64,000 bases of DNA, from the NCBI RefSeq assembly GCF_006345805.1, contig NC_042998.1, positions 52,328,001 through 52,392,000 of the forward strand, given 5' to 3'. This DNA comes from Octopus sinensis. Its lineage: Eukaryota. The position numbers and the translations under genes were made by a program. Of this stretch, positions 11,965 through 25,035 are shown one piece after another. A model generated the notes under the pieces. The model did not search any database. It saw only the letters and a program-made list of their open reading frames with translations, and was not told the DNA's origin. Every line of letters starts with the position of its first letter. Position 1 is the first letter of the stretch.

Positions 11965-12374
11965 ATGATGATGATGATGAATAAAAGAATGCACCAACTC
12001 CCATTGATGACATATATTTTATTATCTGTTCTATGAATATAAGTGTTCTTTACATTTTAGTTAGTACTTTTATTTTTCAGAGACAAAGAAAAAAACAAAA
12101 ACAAAAAAAGTTTGTTCTGACTTTACCCAGCATGCTTTTCCTGTATTGTTTCTAAAATATGTCATTTTGTCATGTTAGACGAATGTTTACGTTCTGATAT
12201 TACTTAACCTAAATTGATAAGACTGTGTTTCTGTCATATTTTACTAAAACATACCTAAAAATTTAGTCTCCTAAGAACAATCAATATGTTGTTTAGCCCT
12301 AGGTCAACCCTGAGCAAGACCTATAAATCTCAGCTCTGCAACCATGATCATCCTTGTTTTATCTTTTATCTGTT

Positions 12375-12640
12375 TCAGTCATTAAACTCTGGGCATGCGG
12401 GGCACTGCCTTGAAGAATTTTTAGTCAAACGAATTGACCCTCCCCCCGTACTTATTTTTATAAGCCTCATATTTACTTTATCGGTCTCTTTTGCCAGACT
12501 TGTAAGTTACAGGGATGTAAACACACCAACACTGATTGTCAAACAATGGTGGAGTACAAAGACAGGTACAAAATATACACACAAACACACACACACACAC
12601 ACACACGCACACACACACATATATATATATATAGATCGCT
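12375..12640 (-). mobile_element. 3' half of an OK-like SINE
   Basis: Reverse complement of the SINE body and tail. Confidence 0.65.
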
Positions 12641-12815
12641 AGCCACTACACATTCTTTATTTTCTCTCCTTGTTTCTTTCTATGTTCCTTTCTGTGGAAG
12701 AGCATAGGCTCGAAACGTTAAAGACTTTTTCACTTCCTGAGGGTTATACTAATACATCTGTTTGTTGTCTACACCACCTGTCTTCGTTTTTTGTTTTTTT
12801 TTGTGAATTCTCCCT
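12633..12815 (+). mobile_element. (TA)n-associated Penelope-like terminal repeat with a variant hammerhead motif (other copies on - strand at 45-160, 27570-27720, 28330-28510)
   Basis: cttt-CTGTGGA-a-gagc/gctc-GAAACGTT-aaag at 12688-12723; flanks homologous among the copies. Confidence 0.55.
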
Positions 12816-12843
12816 ATTATATATGTGTATGTGCGTGTGTGTA

Positions 12844-13731
12844 TGGTCTGATCAATAAGTATCCGGGCTGTCACCATAGTAACGAAGCTAAGGTATGCAG
12901 ACTGAAGTTGTTTGGCACAGATTGACCTTAAACTTTGCTGTGCATGCACACTAAGTTTTAACATTCTAGCTCACTTTCAATGTTTACAACAATGCTTTGA
13001 AGGAACGTGTGTAGCATGTGATTGTTGCATTGACCATGACAGAGGAAGCTGAGCAGAGAATCTGCATCAAATTTTGCCAAAAGCTTGGCAATGCCTGTTC
13101 AGAAGCCCACGCAAAGTTTTCAAAATGTTTCCATCATTCTCGACACAATTAAGGAGATCTTGTGCAACTGAAACCCGAGTATCCTTTTGTTCGGCTGAAA
13201 GCAGTTTTGGCAGACATGTGTCTCATACCCAAATCTTCATTGATAATGGACTGAACTGAATCATTACTAATCTGTACATCCTCTGATAACTCATGGATGG
13301 TGATTCAACGATTTCCCCTCACAGATGCATGCACATCTGCAATGTTTTTCTCAGTTCTGCTGGTTGCGGGTCTCCAAGAACGTTCATTAATATCAACACT
13401 TTTTTTGACCATCTTGGAAACGTCTGAACCACTTGTAAACTTGTGTCCAGCTCATACACTCCTATCTATACACTCTTTGACTTTGCATAGGCCTCTGAGC
13501 AGGTATCGCCATGACAACTTCCTCTGTCTGTGGTCATGGTCTCTGTCATGATCACACACAACACACCTTCCTTCTAAACACTGCTGTAAACAGCAGAACT
13601 AAGCTAGAATGTTGAAATTTAGTGCACATGCACAGCAAAGTTCAAGGTCAATCTGTACCAAGCAGCTTCACTCTATGTGCTTTAGCTTCACTACTATGGC
13701 AACAGCGTGGATACTTATTGATCAGACCTCG
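12844..13731. mobile_element. Rearranged non-autonomous mariner made of two inverted 5' ends (second copy 18139-19014, left end clipped)
   Basis: TIR ggtctgatcaataagtatcc / ggatacttattgatcagacctcg-TA with long inverted arms; transposase N-terminus on + (MTEEAEQRICIKFCQKLG) and a longer one on - (QVYKWFRRFQDGQKSV-like). Confidence 0.8.
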
Positions 13732-13784
13732 TATATGTATATATATATATATATATACACACACATACATACATATATATATAT

Positions 13785-14007
13785 TCCAGGAAATCTACGC
13801 TTCCAGCTTAGTTTTTCTAATGCTCGTTGCTTAGTTTTTCTTGGAGGGCTGGCCGTGATCTAGTAATCTCAAGATTAATCAGCCGAAATTACTACGATGA
13901 TCCGGTTCTTGACTGAAGACTGAGGGGTTCAAACGTCCTGTCCATGTTTATTGTGTCGTCTTCTAAGAGTTATACGTTCTTGTCCATGTTGTATTTTTCT
14001 ACATACC

Positions 14008-14010
<3 letters not shown>
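13785..14010. mobile_element. Unclassified ~226-bp repeat inserted in (TA)n, present in copy 1 only
   Basis: Absent from the equivalent (TA)n tract at 19015-19100. Confidence 0.6.
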
Positions 14011-14049
<39 letters not shown>

Positions 14050-14092
14050 ATATATATATATGTATATATATACACACACACATACATACATA

Positions 14093-14123
<31 letters not shown>

Positions 14124-14504
14124 CATATATATATACACATGTATATATATACATATACCTATACACACACATGTATGTATATATATATATATATACACAT
14201 TCAAATATATAAGGAATGGCCATAATAGGACATTCGACTCACTAGAAAGAGCAGCCAAACTCCAAACCACCAATAGTTGTAATTCTGAAATGGAAAGAGA
14301 ATATATATATATTGGGATGTCTGGAAAGTTTGTGCTGATTTATAGTAGCTTACATTTTGACTTATTTTAGAACATGGATGAGTCCATAAAATAGGATTTG
14401 ACTACACCTCCATTTAGAGCACAGTTTAAGTTATCTTTTTGTGGATGAGTGGATGATAGCAATGATGAAAGTGCATCTTTTGGTTTTTCAAATTTAGTCA
14501 AAGA

Positions 14505-14850
14505 AATTGAGCCCAGGACTTATTCTTTGTAAGCCTAGTACTTATTCTATTGGGCTCTTTTGCCAAACCACTAAGTTACAGGGATGTAAACATACCAGCA
14601 TTGGTTGTCAAGCGATGGTGGAGAGACAAACACTGACACACAAATACATACATACATATATGCATGTGCGTGCATAAATATATACACACATACATATATA
14701 TACACACATTCCATCTACCAAATCCACAAGGCTTTGGTCAGCTTGAGGCTATAGTAAAAGACACTTGCCCAAGGTGCCACACAATAGGACTGAACTCAGA
14801 GCCATGTGGTTGGGAAGCAAGCATCTTACCACACAGCGACTCCTGCACTT
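14505..14850 (-). mobile_element. tRNA-derived SINE (OK-like); duplicate at 19545-19890
   Basis: Reverse complement of the family consensus seen elsewhere in the window. Confidence 0.8.
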
Positions 14851-15524
14851 ATATATATATATACATACACACACACACATACATGCAAATAAAAGACATT
14901 GTGTGTATGTGTGTGAGAGAGAGTGTGTGTGTACATACACATACATATATGTAGATATATATATATATATATATATACATATACATGTATATATATATGT
15001 ATATATATGTATATATATGTATATATATGTATATATATATATATCTGTGTGTATATATGTGTCTATATATATATATATATATGCACTTACATATGTACTT
15101 TTATGTCTATTTTAACACAATTATATGTTGTAATTTTCAATAATTTCGTTTTCTGATAACATCCAAACAATCTAAGCATGAAAAGACAAAGGAGTTATTT
15201 CTGAAATGAAATTAGTTTTCTTAGCATGTAACAGTTACCTGAGTGAGGTTACCAGGAAAAATTGTAACATGGAGTTCAGTTGGACAATTAAGAGGATGAA
15301 ATTGTTTGTGAAATGGAACTGAAGAATTTGCCTAAAGATAAGAACAAAATAGTGAATTTAGGAAGCAAGGAAAGAAACAAAGATCCTACATGCGTGCATT
15401 TATGTACTTATGTATTTTTGTATATACATATGTATGTATACACACATACATGTATGTGTGTGTGTGCACATACTTATTATATAAATTGAGGCCATTTAAT
15501 TCTGGTTGAATAAGTATACAGGTG

Positions 15525-16340
15525 AACTCCCCCATCACATAAAAAAATGGAATTTATTATAGAAGGATCAAAATGTATTCTAGAAAATAATTATTTTTTA
15601 TGTTCAATAACTTTTTTTGACAAAATTCTGGTATTGCAACGGGAGCAAAAGCAACCCCTTCTTTTGCAAATCTAATTAGGAGCTGGAGGTTATGTTATAC
15701 CAAAAGGCATTAGGAAAATATGGAAACTATTTCTCCATACATATATAAGAAAATTGGAATTGGTACCTTAACAATTGCTTCATTCTATAGAATGAAAGTA
15801 TAAAGAAACTAAAAGAATTTGAAATTCTTCTCAATAGCATTAATAAAAATAATAGCTATAACTAACTCCCATGTTTAGACATTCTTATAAAGAAAGCAAA
15901 CAGCCAAATAGAAATGGAGATTTACTGTAAAACTTCAGACTCAAAACAATATTTTCCATTCAGGCCATGGCATCCAGGATAAATGTACTTTATAACCTAG
16001 CCAAATGATCTGTGCATAATATTCAATAAAAACATCTCCAGCACAAGTCTCTAAGAACTGAAGGATATACTCCTTTATAGGAATTACCCAAAATCATTAG
16101 TAAAATAGAACATGTCAAGAAATTCATTATACAGAAACTAAGACAAACAAAAGAAATAAATTGGAATTGAAGGTGCTACCTTACATCTCCACCTAGAAAC
16201 CCCAAAACAATGAAGCCAATATTATATACCATAACATACCATTGCTGAAAAAGGACTACGGAGAAGGAGCTTTGGTTATTGTTTAAAAATTGAATTGTGT
16301 CCCTGTTTGGGGAAATTGACAATATTTTCACCATTTACAC
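15525..16340 (+). pseudogene. Decayed Penelope-like reverse transcriptase fragment (duplicate 20565-22165, interrupted by an RTE)
   Basis: GIATGAKATPSFANL (cf. GTAMG...P.YANL) near 15632; LPCLDILIKK...EIYCKTSDSKQYFP (cf. LPFLD...YxKPTD...YL) near 15868; frameshifts and stops. Confidence 0.7.
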
Positions 16341-16399
16341 GGAAGCATTTTTGTTAGAATGCCTTCGATAGAAGAAAGTCCAAAAATGAATTTCGCTGC

Positions 16400-17052
16400 A
16401 GCCGTCGGCAGGCGTGAACTCATTGAAATTAAAATGGAAGAAATACGGATTGATCACCGACAAAGACGGTGAATCTAGGATAACACCACCAAATGAAATA
16501 AAAAATTAAATGAAAGAAAAGACTATTGTCTACAAAGTATACAATATAGAGAAAAAAAAAGATTTGAACACCTGGAGGAAAGCACCATCAAAAAGTGCCT
16601 TGGTGCGACTATGAAAGATATCTAACCAGAGGGTAAATTCGCCACAATAGAAGCAAGGTTCGAGTCAACGGAGCGTGCAAGGGAGTACTCGACTCGAACC
16701 TTGCAAAGTGGAAATATTTTATTTTTACCTTTATATCTGGGACATAAGACGTCCCGATAAAAATCAAAAATATCCCCCCTGAAGTAGAGGTAGGCTGGAT
16801 TGTAGCCACACTTCTATACAAGAGGGAGGACAAGATCCAATTGATCGAAATTGCAAGAGACGAGCCTACAATTCCAGTCTGTTATATATTTTGAGTATTG
16901 TTATCACTAGTAATATCAAGATATAACTTTGTATTTTGTATTTTATGTGTAGATGTATATATATAGAAGTACATGTAATATGTACACATATATATACACA
17001 TATATACATGCACTAGCACTATGACCCGGCAACGACGGGTCATAATGCTAGT
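16400..17052 (+). mobile_element. Non-autonomous Helitron-like element, 5' limit uncertain (duplicate ends at 22877)
   Basis: 3' hairpin tgacccg-gcaacga-cgggtca followed by CTAG-T at 17048-17052; internal 12-bp inverted repeat aaggttcgagtc/gactcgaacctt. Confidence 0.55.
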
Positions 17053-17064
17053 ATATATATATTT

Positions 17065-17400
17065 ATATAGGCTAAAGGGTAAAGACCCCCTTCGGTCATA
17101 AATGACCCTGGGATTGCACCCAGAATGTTACCCTCCAAGGCACAAGTCCAGGCAAGGAGGTTGTTTATGGAAGACCAGCAGTCACCCATGCACGCCAGCC
17201 TACCCTCTCCTTGCCACTGATGTTATCCAAGGGAAAGGCAAAGACCGATAGAACTTGGCACCAGTGATATCACAACTCATTTCAAGAAAAAGTAAACTGG
17301 ATCAGTATGAAATAAAAGTGTCTTGCTCAAAAACACAACACTGCCTAGTCTAGGAATTGAACTCACTTTCTCATGATTGTGAGCCACTCTAACCACAAAG
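17065..17400 (-). mobile_element. tRNA-head SINE with a CORE-like central segment (copies 22897-23225 and 28595-28900)
   Basis: - strand gtggttagagtgg...gagttcaattcc head, then gtgttgtgtttttgagcaagacactt; three homologous copies. Confidence 0.65.
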
Positions 17401-17809
17401 CACATATAGCCTTTCCAAACTCACTCAGAAAGTATTAGCTGTCATGATGGTAGTTTGAGGATAGTAATGAAGTATATCTGCAGATATTACCCACCACCCC
17501 CAAAGCTTAGAGTCCTTACCTGCCACTCTCTTAAACGGAAGTTCTTGTTCCAACAAAGATTAGAAGGACGTCAATTCAACAGTGATTTATTGTTTTTTTT
17601 TACTACATGTCCATTCACTATGTCAAGTGTTTCTATGTCCCTATGCACTATTGCTTGATAGTCATTGACCTTATTCTGAGTACAAATTTTTCTTTTGTTT
17701 TTTGCTGAGTTTATGTAACACTATTCACCAGGTGAGGTAAACTGGGATTGTTGGGGGTTAGTTGGCATGTATGTATGTATGTATGTATGTATGTGTGTGT
17801 ATGTATGTA

Positions 17810-17840
<31 letters not shown>

Positions 17841-19047
17841 TTGTATGCCTGCATATATGAACATATGGATGATTTATGTCTATATTTATATCTATCTATC
17901 TATATTTATATTTATTTATCTATCTGTCTCTCTTTCTATATGTGTGTCTGTATGTCTCTGTAAAGGTGTGTGTGTGTTATGTATCTTTACAAGTACATAC
18001 AAATGTGCTATGTATCTTTACAAGTACATACAAATGACTATCAAGCAATAGTGCATAGGGACATAGAAACACTTGACATAGTGAATGGACATGTAGTAAA
18101 AAAAAACAAATTTACAAGTACTTTACAAGTACATACAAATAAGTATCCGGGCTGTCACCATAGTAACGAAGCTAAGGTATGCAGACTGAAGTTGTTTGGC
18201 ACAGATTGACCTTAAACTTTGCTGTGCATGCACACTAAGTTTTAACATTCTAGCTCACTTTCAATGTTTACAACAATGCTTTGAAGGAACGTGTGTAGCA
18301 TGTGATTGTTGCATTGACCATGACAGATGAAGCTGAGCAGAGAATCTGCATCAAATTTTGCCAAAAGCTTGGCAATGCCTGTTCAGAAGCCCACGCAAAG
18401 TTTTCAAAATGTTTCCATCATTCTCGACACAATTAAGGAGATCTTGTGCAACTGAAACCCGAGTATCCTTTTGTTCGGCTGAAAGCAGTTTTGGCAGACA
18501 GTGTCTCATACCCAAATCTTCATTGATAATGGACTGAACTGAATCATTACTAATCTGTACATCCTCTGATAACTCATGGATGGTGATTCAACGATTTCCC
18601 CTCACAGATGCATGCACATCTGCAATGTTTTTCTCAGTTCTGCTGGTTGCGGGTCTCCAAGAACGTTCATTAATATCAACACTTTTTTTGACCATCTTGG
18701 AAACGTCTGAACCACTTGTACACTTGTGTCCAGCTCATACACTCCTATCTATACACTCTGTGACTTTGCATAGGCCTCTGAGCAGGTATCGCCATGACAA
18801 CTTCCTCTGTCTGTGGTCATGGTCTCTGTCATGATCACACACAACACACCTTCCTTCTAAACACTGCTGTAAACAGCAGAACTAAGCTAGAATGTTGAAA
18901 TTTAGTGCACATGCACAGCAAAGTTCAAGGTCAATCTGTACCAAGCAGCTTCACTCTATGTGCTTTAGCTTCACTACTATGGCAACAGCGTGGATACTTA
19001 TTGATCAGACCTCGTATATGTATATATATATATATATATATACACAC

Positions 19048-19081
<34 letters not shown>

Positions 19082-19118
19082 GTATAATATATATATGTAT
19101 ATATATACACACACACAT

Positions 19119-19177
<59 letters not shown>

Positions 19178-20002
19178 TATATACACATGTATATATATAC
19201 ATATACCTATACACACACATGTATGTATATATATATATATATACACATTCAAATATATAAGGAATGGCCATAATAGGACATTCGACTCACTAGAAAGAGC
19301 AGCCAAACTCCAAACCACCAATAGTTGTAATTCTGAAATGGAAAGAGAATATATATATATTGGGATGTCTGGAAAGTTTGTGCTGATTTATAGTAGCTTA
19401 CATTTTGACTTATTTTAGAACATGGATGAGTCCATAAAATAGGATTTGACTACACCTCCATTTAGAGCACAGTTTAAGTTATCTTTTTGTGGATGAGTGG
19501 ATGATAGCAATGATGAAAGTGCATCTTTTGGTTTTTCAAATTTAGTCAAAGAAATTGAGCCCAGGACTTATTCTTTGTAAGCCTAGTACTTATTCTATTG
19601 GGCTCTTTTGCCAAACACTAAGTTACAGGGATGTAAACATACCAGCATTGGTTGTCAAGCGATGGTGGAGAGACAAACACTGACACACAAATACATACAT
19701 ACATATATGCATGTGCGTGCATAAATATATACACACATACATAAATATACACACATTCCATCTACCAAATCCACAAGGCTTTGGTCAGCTTGAGGCTATA
19801 GTAAAAGACACTTGCCCAAGGTGCCACACAATAGACTGAACTCAGAGCCATGTGGTTGGGAAGCAAGCATCTTACCACACAGCGACTCCTGCACTTATAT
19901 ATATATATATACATACACACACACACATACATGCAAATAAAAGACATTGTGTGTATGTGTGTGAGAGAGAGTGTGTGTGTACATACACATACATATATGT
20001 AG

Positions 20003-20035
<33 letters not shown>

Positions 20036-20927
20036 CATGTATATATATATGTATATATATGTATATATATATATCTGTGTGTATATATGTGTCTATATAT
20101 ATATATATATATATATGCACTTACATATGTACTTTTATGTCTATTTTAACACAATTATATGTTGTAATTTTCAATAATTTCGTTTTCTGATAACATCCAA
20201 ACAATCTAAGCATGAAAAGACAAAGGAGTTATTTCTGAAATGAAATTAGTTTTCTAAGCATGTAACAGTTACCTGAGTGAGGTTACCAGGAAAAATTGTA
20301 ACATGGAGTTCAGTTGGACAATTAAGAGGATGAAATTGTTTGTGAAATGGAACTGAAGAATTTGCCTAAAGATAAGAACAAAATAGTGAATTTAGGAAGC
20401 AAGGAAAGAAACAAAGATCCTACATGCGTGCATTTATGTACTTATGTATTTTTGTATATACATATGTATGTATACACACATACATGTATGTGTGTGTGTG
20501 CACATACTTATTATATGACTTAGGAATTGAGGCCATTTAATTCTGGTTGAATAAGTATACAGGTGAACTCCCCCATCACATAAAAAAATGGAATTTATTA
20601 TAGAAGGATCAAAATGTATTCTAGAAAATAATTATTTTTTATGTTCAATAACTTTTTTTGACAAAATTCTGGTATTGCAACGGGAGCAAAAGCAACCCCT
20701 TCCTTTGCAAATCTAATTAGGAGCTGGAGGTTATGTTATACCAAAAGGCATTAGGAAAATATGGAAACTATTTCTCCATACATATATAAGAAAATTGGAA
20801 TTGGTACCTTAACAATTGCTTCATTCTATAGAATGAAAGTATAAAGAAACTAAAAGAATTTGAAATTCTTCTCAATAGCATTAATAAAAATAATAGCTAT
20901 AACTAACTCCCATGTTTAGACATTCTT

Positions 20928-21716
20928 TACCAGTGCCGGTGGCACACAAGAAAACCATCCGAACGTGGCCGTAGCCAGTACCGCATCGACTGGCCTCCGT
21001 GCTGTGGGCACGCAACAAACACCATCCGATCAAGGCCGTTCGCCAGCCTCATCTGGCACCTGTGTCGGTGGCACATAAAAACACCATCCGAAGACCCGGC
21101 AAGACTAGTCAGGCCATAACCCATGGCCCCTACCTGGGACGTAGTCAGTCCACCTGTGCATACCTTCCTTCTTGTGACACTTGTGAAGACCTGTTGAGGC
21201 AAGTGAAAATCAAATCAAATCAAAACAAATCAAAATAGATGAACATAAATGGAATTTGTATCTTTGTGGTACCAGTGCCGGTGGCTCACAAGAAAATCAT
21301 CCGAACGTGGCCGTAGCCAGTACCGCATAGACTGGCCTCCGTGCTTTGGGGACGTAACAAACACCATCCGATCGTGGCCGTCCGCCAGCCTCATCTGGCA
21401 CCTGTGTCGGTGGCACATAAAAACACCATCCGAGCGTGGCCGTCTGCCAGCCTCGTCTGGCACCTGTGTCGGTGGCACATAAAAACACCATCCGAGCGTG
21501 GCCGTTCGCCAGCCTCGTCTGGCACCTGTGTCGGTGGCACATAAAATCACCCACTACACTCTCGGAGTGGTTGGCGTTAGGAAGGGCATCCAGCTGTAGA
21601 AACACTGCCAGATCTGACTGGCCTGGTGCAGCCTTCGGGCTCCCCAGACCCCTGTTGAACCGTCCAACCCATGCTAGCATGGAAAACGGACGCTAAATGA
21701 TGATGATGATGATGAT
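20928..21716 (+). mobile_element. RTE 3'UTR insertion specific to duplication copy 2
   Basis: Replaces ataaa (15887-15891 in copy 1) between attctt and gaaagc; (GAT)n tail; no TSD. Confidence 0.9.
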
Positions 21717-24700
21717 GAAAGCAAACAGCCAAATAGAAATGGAGATTTACTGTAAAACTTCAGACTCAAAACAATATTTTCCATTCAGGCCATGGCATCC
21801 AGGATAAATGTACTTTATAACCTAGCCAAATGATCTGTGCATAATATTCAATAAAAACATCTCCAGCACAAGTCTCTAAGAACTGAAGGATATACTCCTT
21901 TATAGGAATTACCCAAAATCATTAGTAAAATAGAACATGTCAAGAAATTCATTATACAGAAACTAAGACAACAAAAGAAATAAATTGGAATTGAAGGTGC
22001 TACCTTACATCTCCACCTAGAAACCCCAAAACAATGAAGTCAATATTATATACCATAACATACCATTGCTGAAAAAGGACTACGGAGAAGGAGCTTTGGT
22101 TATTGTTTAAAAATTGAATTGTGTCCCTGTTTGGGGAAATTGACAATATTTTCACCATTTACACGGAAGCATTTTTGTTAGAATGCCTTCGATAGAAGAA
22201 AGTCCAAAAATGAATTTCGCTGCAGCCGTCGGCAGGCGTGAACTCATTGAAATTAAAATGGAAGAAATACGGATTGATCACCAACAAAGACGGTGAATCT
22301 AGGATAACACCACCAAATGAAATAAAAAATTAAATGAAAGAAAAGACTATTGTCTACAAAGTATACAATATAGAGAAAAAAAAAGATTTGAACACCTGGA
22401 GGAAAGCACCATCAAAAAGTGCCTTGGTGCGACTATGAAAGATATCTAACCAGAGGGTAAATTCGCCACAATAGAAACAAGGTTCGAGTCAACGGAGCGT
22501 GCAAGGGAGTACTCGACTCGAACCTTGCAAAGTGGAAATATTTTATTTTTACCTTTATATCTGGGACATAAGACGTCCCGGATAAAAATCAAAAATATCC
22601 CCCCTGAAGTAGAGGTAGGCTGGATTGTAGCCACACTTCTATACAAGAGGGAGGACAAGATCCAATTGATCGAAATTGCAAGAGACGAGCCTACAATTCC
22701 AGTCTGTTATATATTTTGAGTATTGTTATCACTAGTAATATCAAGATATAACTTTGTATTTTGTATTTTATGTGTAGATGTATATATATAGAAGTACATG
22801 TAATATGTACACATATATATACACATATATACATGCACTAGCACTATGACCCGGCAACGACGGGTCATAATGCTAGTATATATATATTTATATAGGCTAA
22901 AGGGTAAAGACCCCCTTCGGTCATAAATGACCCTGGGATTGCACCCAGAATGTTACCCTCCAAGGCACAAGTCCAGGCAAGGAGGTTGTTTATGGAAGAC
23001 CAGCAGTCACCCATGCACGCCAGCCTACCCTCTCCTTGCCACTGATGTTATCCAAGGGAAAGGCAAAGACCGATAGAACTTGGCACCAGTGATATCACAA
23101 CTCATTTCAAGAAAAAGTAAACTGGATCAGTATGAAATAAAAGTGTCTTGCTCAAAAACACAACACTGCCTAGTCTAGGAATTGAACTCACTTTCTCATG
23201 ATTGTGAGCCACTCTAACCACAAATCACATATAGCCTTTCCAAACTCACTCAGAAAGTATTAGCTGTCATGATGGTAGTTTGAGGATAGTAATGAAGTAT
23301 ATCTGCAGATATTACCCACCACCCCCAAAGCTTAGAGTCCTTACCTGCCACTCTCTTAAACGGAAGTTCTTGTTCCAACAAAGATTAGAAGGACGTCAAT
23401 TCAACAGTGATTTATTGTTTTTTTTTTACTACATGTCCATTCACTATGTCAAGTGTTTCTATGTCCCTATGCACTATTGCTTGATAGTCATTGACCTTAT
23501 TCTGAGTACATGTGTCCTTTTGACAAATTTTTCTTTTGTATTTTGCTGAGTTTATGTAACACTGTTCACCAGGTGAGGTGAACTGGGATTGTTGGGGGTT
23601 AGTTGGCATGTATGTATGTATGTATGTATGTATGTATGTATGTATGTGTGTGTGTGTATGTATGTATGTATGTTTGTATGCCTGCATGTATGAACATATG
23701 GATGATTTATGTCTAAATTTATATCTATCTATCTATATTTATATTTATTTATCTATCTGTCTCTCTTTCTATATGTGTGTCTGTATGTCTCTGTAAAGGT
23801 GTGTGTGTGTTATGTATCTTTACAAGTACATACAAATGTGCGTGTTTACAATGTGTGTGTATTTACAAATACACACATGCACTCACACACACACACACAT
23901 ACACACACACACACACACACGCACACTCTCACACACACACAAACCGACACAGGTGCATTGACATACAGAAATAACACAATTATTCCATCTCCTCTTCTTG
24001 TCGGTATCATTATGAATGATATGCTTATATGGAACACACATGTCAAGTTGATAACTTATTGACCAGCTGGTTGTCTTCTCAAAACAGCCTATTGACCAAC
24101 ATCAGTCATTCACTGGAGTCACTAATAAGTTGGAGATAGAAGCAGCAGGCGTAATAATGATGTTGGTGATGGTGATGGTGGTGGTGGTGGTGGTGGCGGC
24201 AGCAGCGGTGGCGGCGGTGGTGGTGGTGGTTTATGTTTGCGGTGAATGCTTTCCTAGTGGTGGAAATGGTGGGGATGGTGCTGGCTAATTATGTAACCAA
24301 TCTTTCTCACCTGTGATTGACATAGTTAATTGCATAAGACAACAAAAGAGCCTTCATATAGTTGTTTGACCTGCTAGAAATAGCAGTCACATCTCCCTTC
24401 AAATCACGCTCTACTAGCTTAGAGAAGAAAAAAAGGGTGTATTGGATAATGTGATCCAGAGTTCTACTGAATATAGGAAAAAAATCCCAGAAGGTCATAG
24501 AGGGAATGCTTTCTATCATAGGTCTGCTCGCTTGGAGCTTAGTAAAAAAAAACAGAAAATAAACAACAGTAGATAACTAGTCACATTGCAGAAGTTTATA
24601 TAATGGTGGTTGTGGTGGTGTTGGTGGTGGCAGTGGTGTGACTGAGGGAAATGAAGCCATCAATATGTGTTTATAGAAGAAATCCATCATTTCCCTGATT

Positions 24701-24799
24701 ATAAAGGAGGTGGATTGATCAAAATAGCTTGCAATATTTGAAGTATTTAGGGCAATGAGTTAGCAAAATTATTACTATTCTAGAAAAAAAATGCTCAGC

Positions 24800-24940
24800 G
24801 TTGCTTACCAACCACATGGTTCTGGGTTCAGTCCCGCTGTGTGGCACCTTGGGCAAGTGTCTTCTACTATAGCCTTGGGCCGACCAAAGCCTTGTGAGTA
24901 GATTTGGTAGATGGAAACTGAAAGAAGCCTGTCATATATA

Positions 24941-25035
<95 letters not shown>

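Larger units (their letters stand above)
12855..23841 (+). repeat. Tandem segmental duplication: copy 1 12855-18008, junction 18009-18138, copy 2 18139-23841
   Basis: Colinear, near-identical sequence; differs by microsatellite lengths, 1-bp indels, a ~226-bp insertion in copy 1 and a ~790-bp insertion in copy 2. Confidence 0.95.

Noticed and set aside
13905-13950. Hammerhead-like ctgaaga...aaacgtc in the copy-1 insertion
   Set aside because: No convincing stem II, and GAAA is missing its G.
24160-24300. Gly/Pro-rich coding-like GC island
   Set aside because: (GGT/GGC)n trinucleotide repeat with no ORF or splice context.
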